In this document: piece by piece, positions 63,586 to 64,000 of the stretch
Numbering within the stretch: position 1 is the first letter of the stretch
How the letters are laid out: every line of letters begins with the position of its first letter
DNA from: Phoronis australis
Taxonomy: Eukaryota; Animalia; Phoronida
Direction of reading: 5' to 3'
Assembly (NCBI GenBank): GCA_002633005.1
Contig: NMRA01000024.1
Location: 248,001 to 312,000, forward strand
Length of the DNA stretch: 64,000 bases
Translations under genes and position numbers: made by a program
The notes under the pieces: model-generated
Databases searched by the model: none
What the model was told of the DNA's origin: nothing
What the model saw: the letters and a program-made list of their open reading frames with translations, nothing else

Positions 63586-64000
63586 ATAGTATACCCCTAT
63601 AAGTTGGAACTACGTCACTTCCTCAGACACATCCCTGACCGTGCAATGTATCGTCGTTCTAGTCGAAGTAAGCCCTATATATACATCAGCAACAGCACAC
63701 GTGCGGAATTCACACGGTTTAATACAATGCTATCTTAAACGGTGACCATACCATATCAGTTAACTTTAAAACTGGATTCTATGTTCCTCACCTCCCTATC
63801 GGTATATCTGATGAGAGCATGCGTAATGGCGGCTGCTGCTGTAGTTAGCATCTTATCCGGTGCCACCATGATATCCACATATTCCTCTAAATTCCGAGAC
63901 ACAAATTCCGGTGCAGAAGAAATTGGGTGATTGTGGGGTCAATAACTACAAAAATTCTTTAGAATGGACAAAAATTTCACCTGACTGCTTTAATTGATAT

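Noticed and set aside
63790-63930. Minus-strand exon ending GAG|GTGAGG
   Set aside because: In-frame stop just upstream, no compatible acceptor and no recognisable domain; cannot be judged at the window edge.

Overview
AT-rich eukaryotic genomic DNA, most likely from an invertebrate animal: it has GT-AG introns and is dense with metazoan transposon relics. I see no prokaryotic operons, rRNA, intact tRNA or CRISPR array, and most ORFs in the supplied track are spurious. The only plausibly functional host gene is a three-exon beta-propeller (WD40-like) gene at 55253-57919 (+), with a possibly decayed F-box-like segment upstream. The rest is a layered transposon graveyard. (i) A 5.84-kb Academ-type element (TAG...CTA, TGT target-site duplication, TSD) has ~0.9-1 kb terminal inverted repeats (TIRs) built from ~140-bp subrepeats. 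(ii) A 3.0-kb ISL2EU-type element (AT TSD; convergent SAP/YqaJ and THAP/DDE relics) sits inside the RNase H domain of an I/Loa-type LINE. (iii) A CACTA/EnSpm-like relic carries a spliced DUF4806 gene. (iv) A CR1-group LINE is split by an L1/Tx1 3' end. (v) There are also Penelope, Crack/L2, Tc1/mariner and Sola fragments, four THAP relics, Helentron-like HINEs and CATG-ended MITEs with 5-bp TSDs. All family calls come from manual motif recognition, not database searches. I found nothing I can demonstrate to be a new biological system. The best leads are the foldback-like Academ element and the divergent propeller gene.
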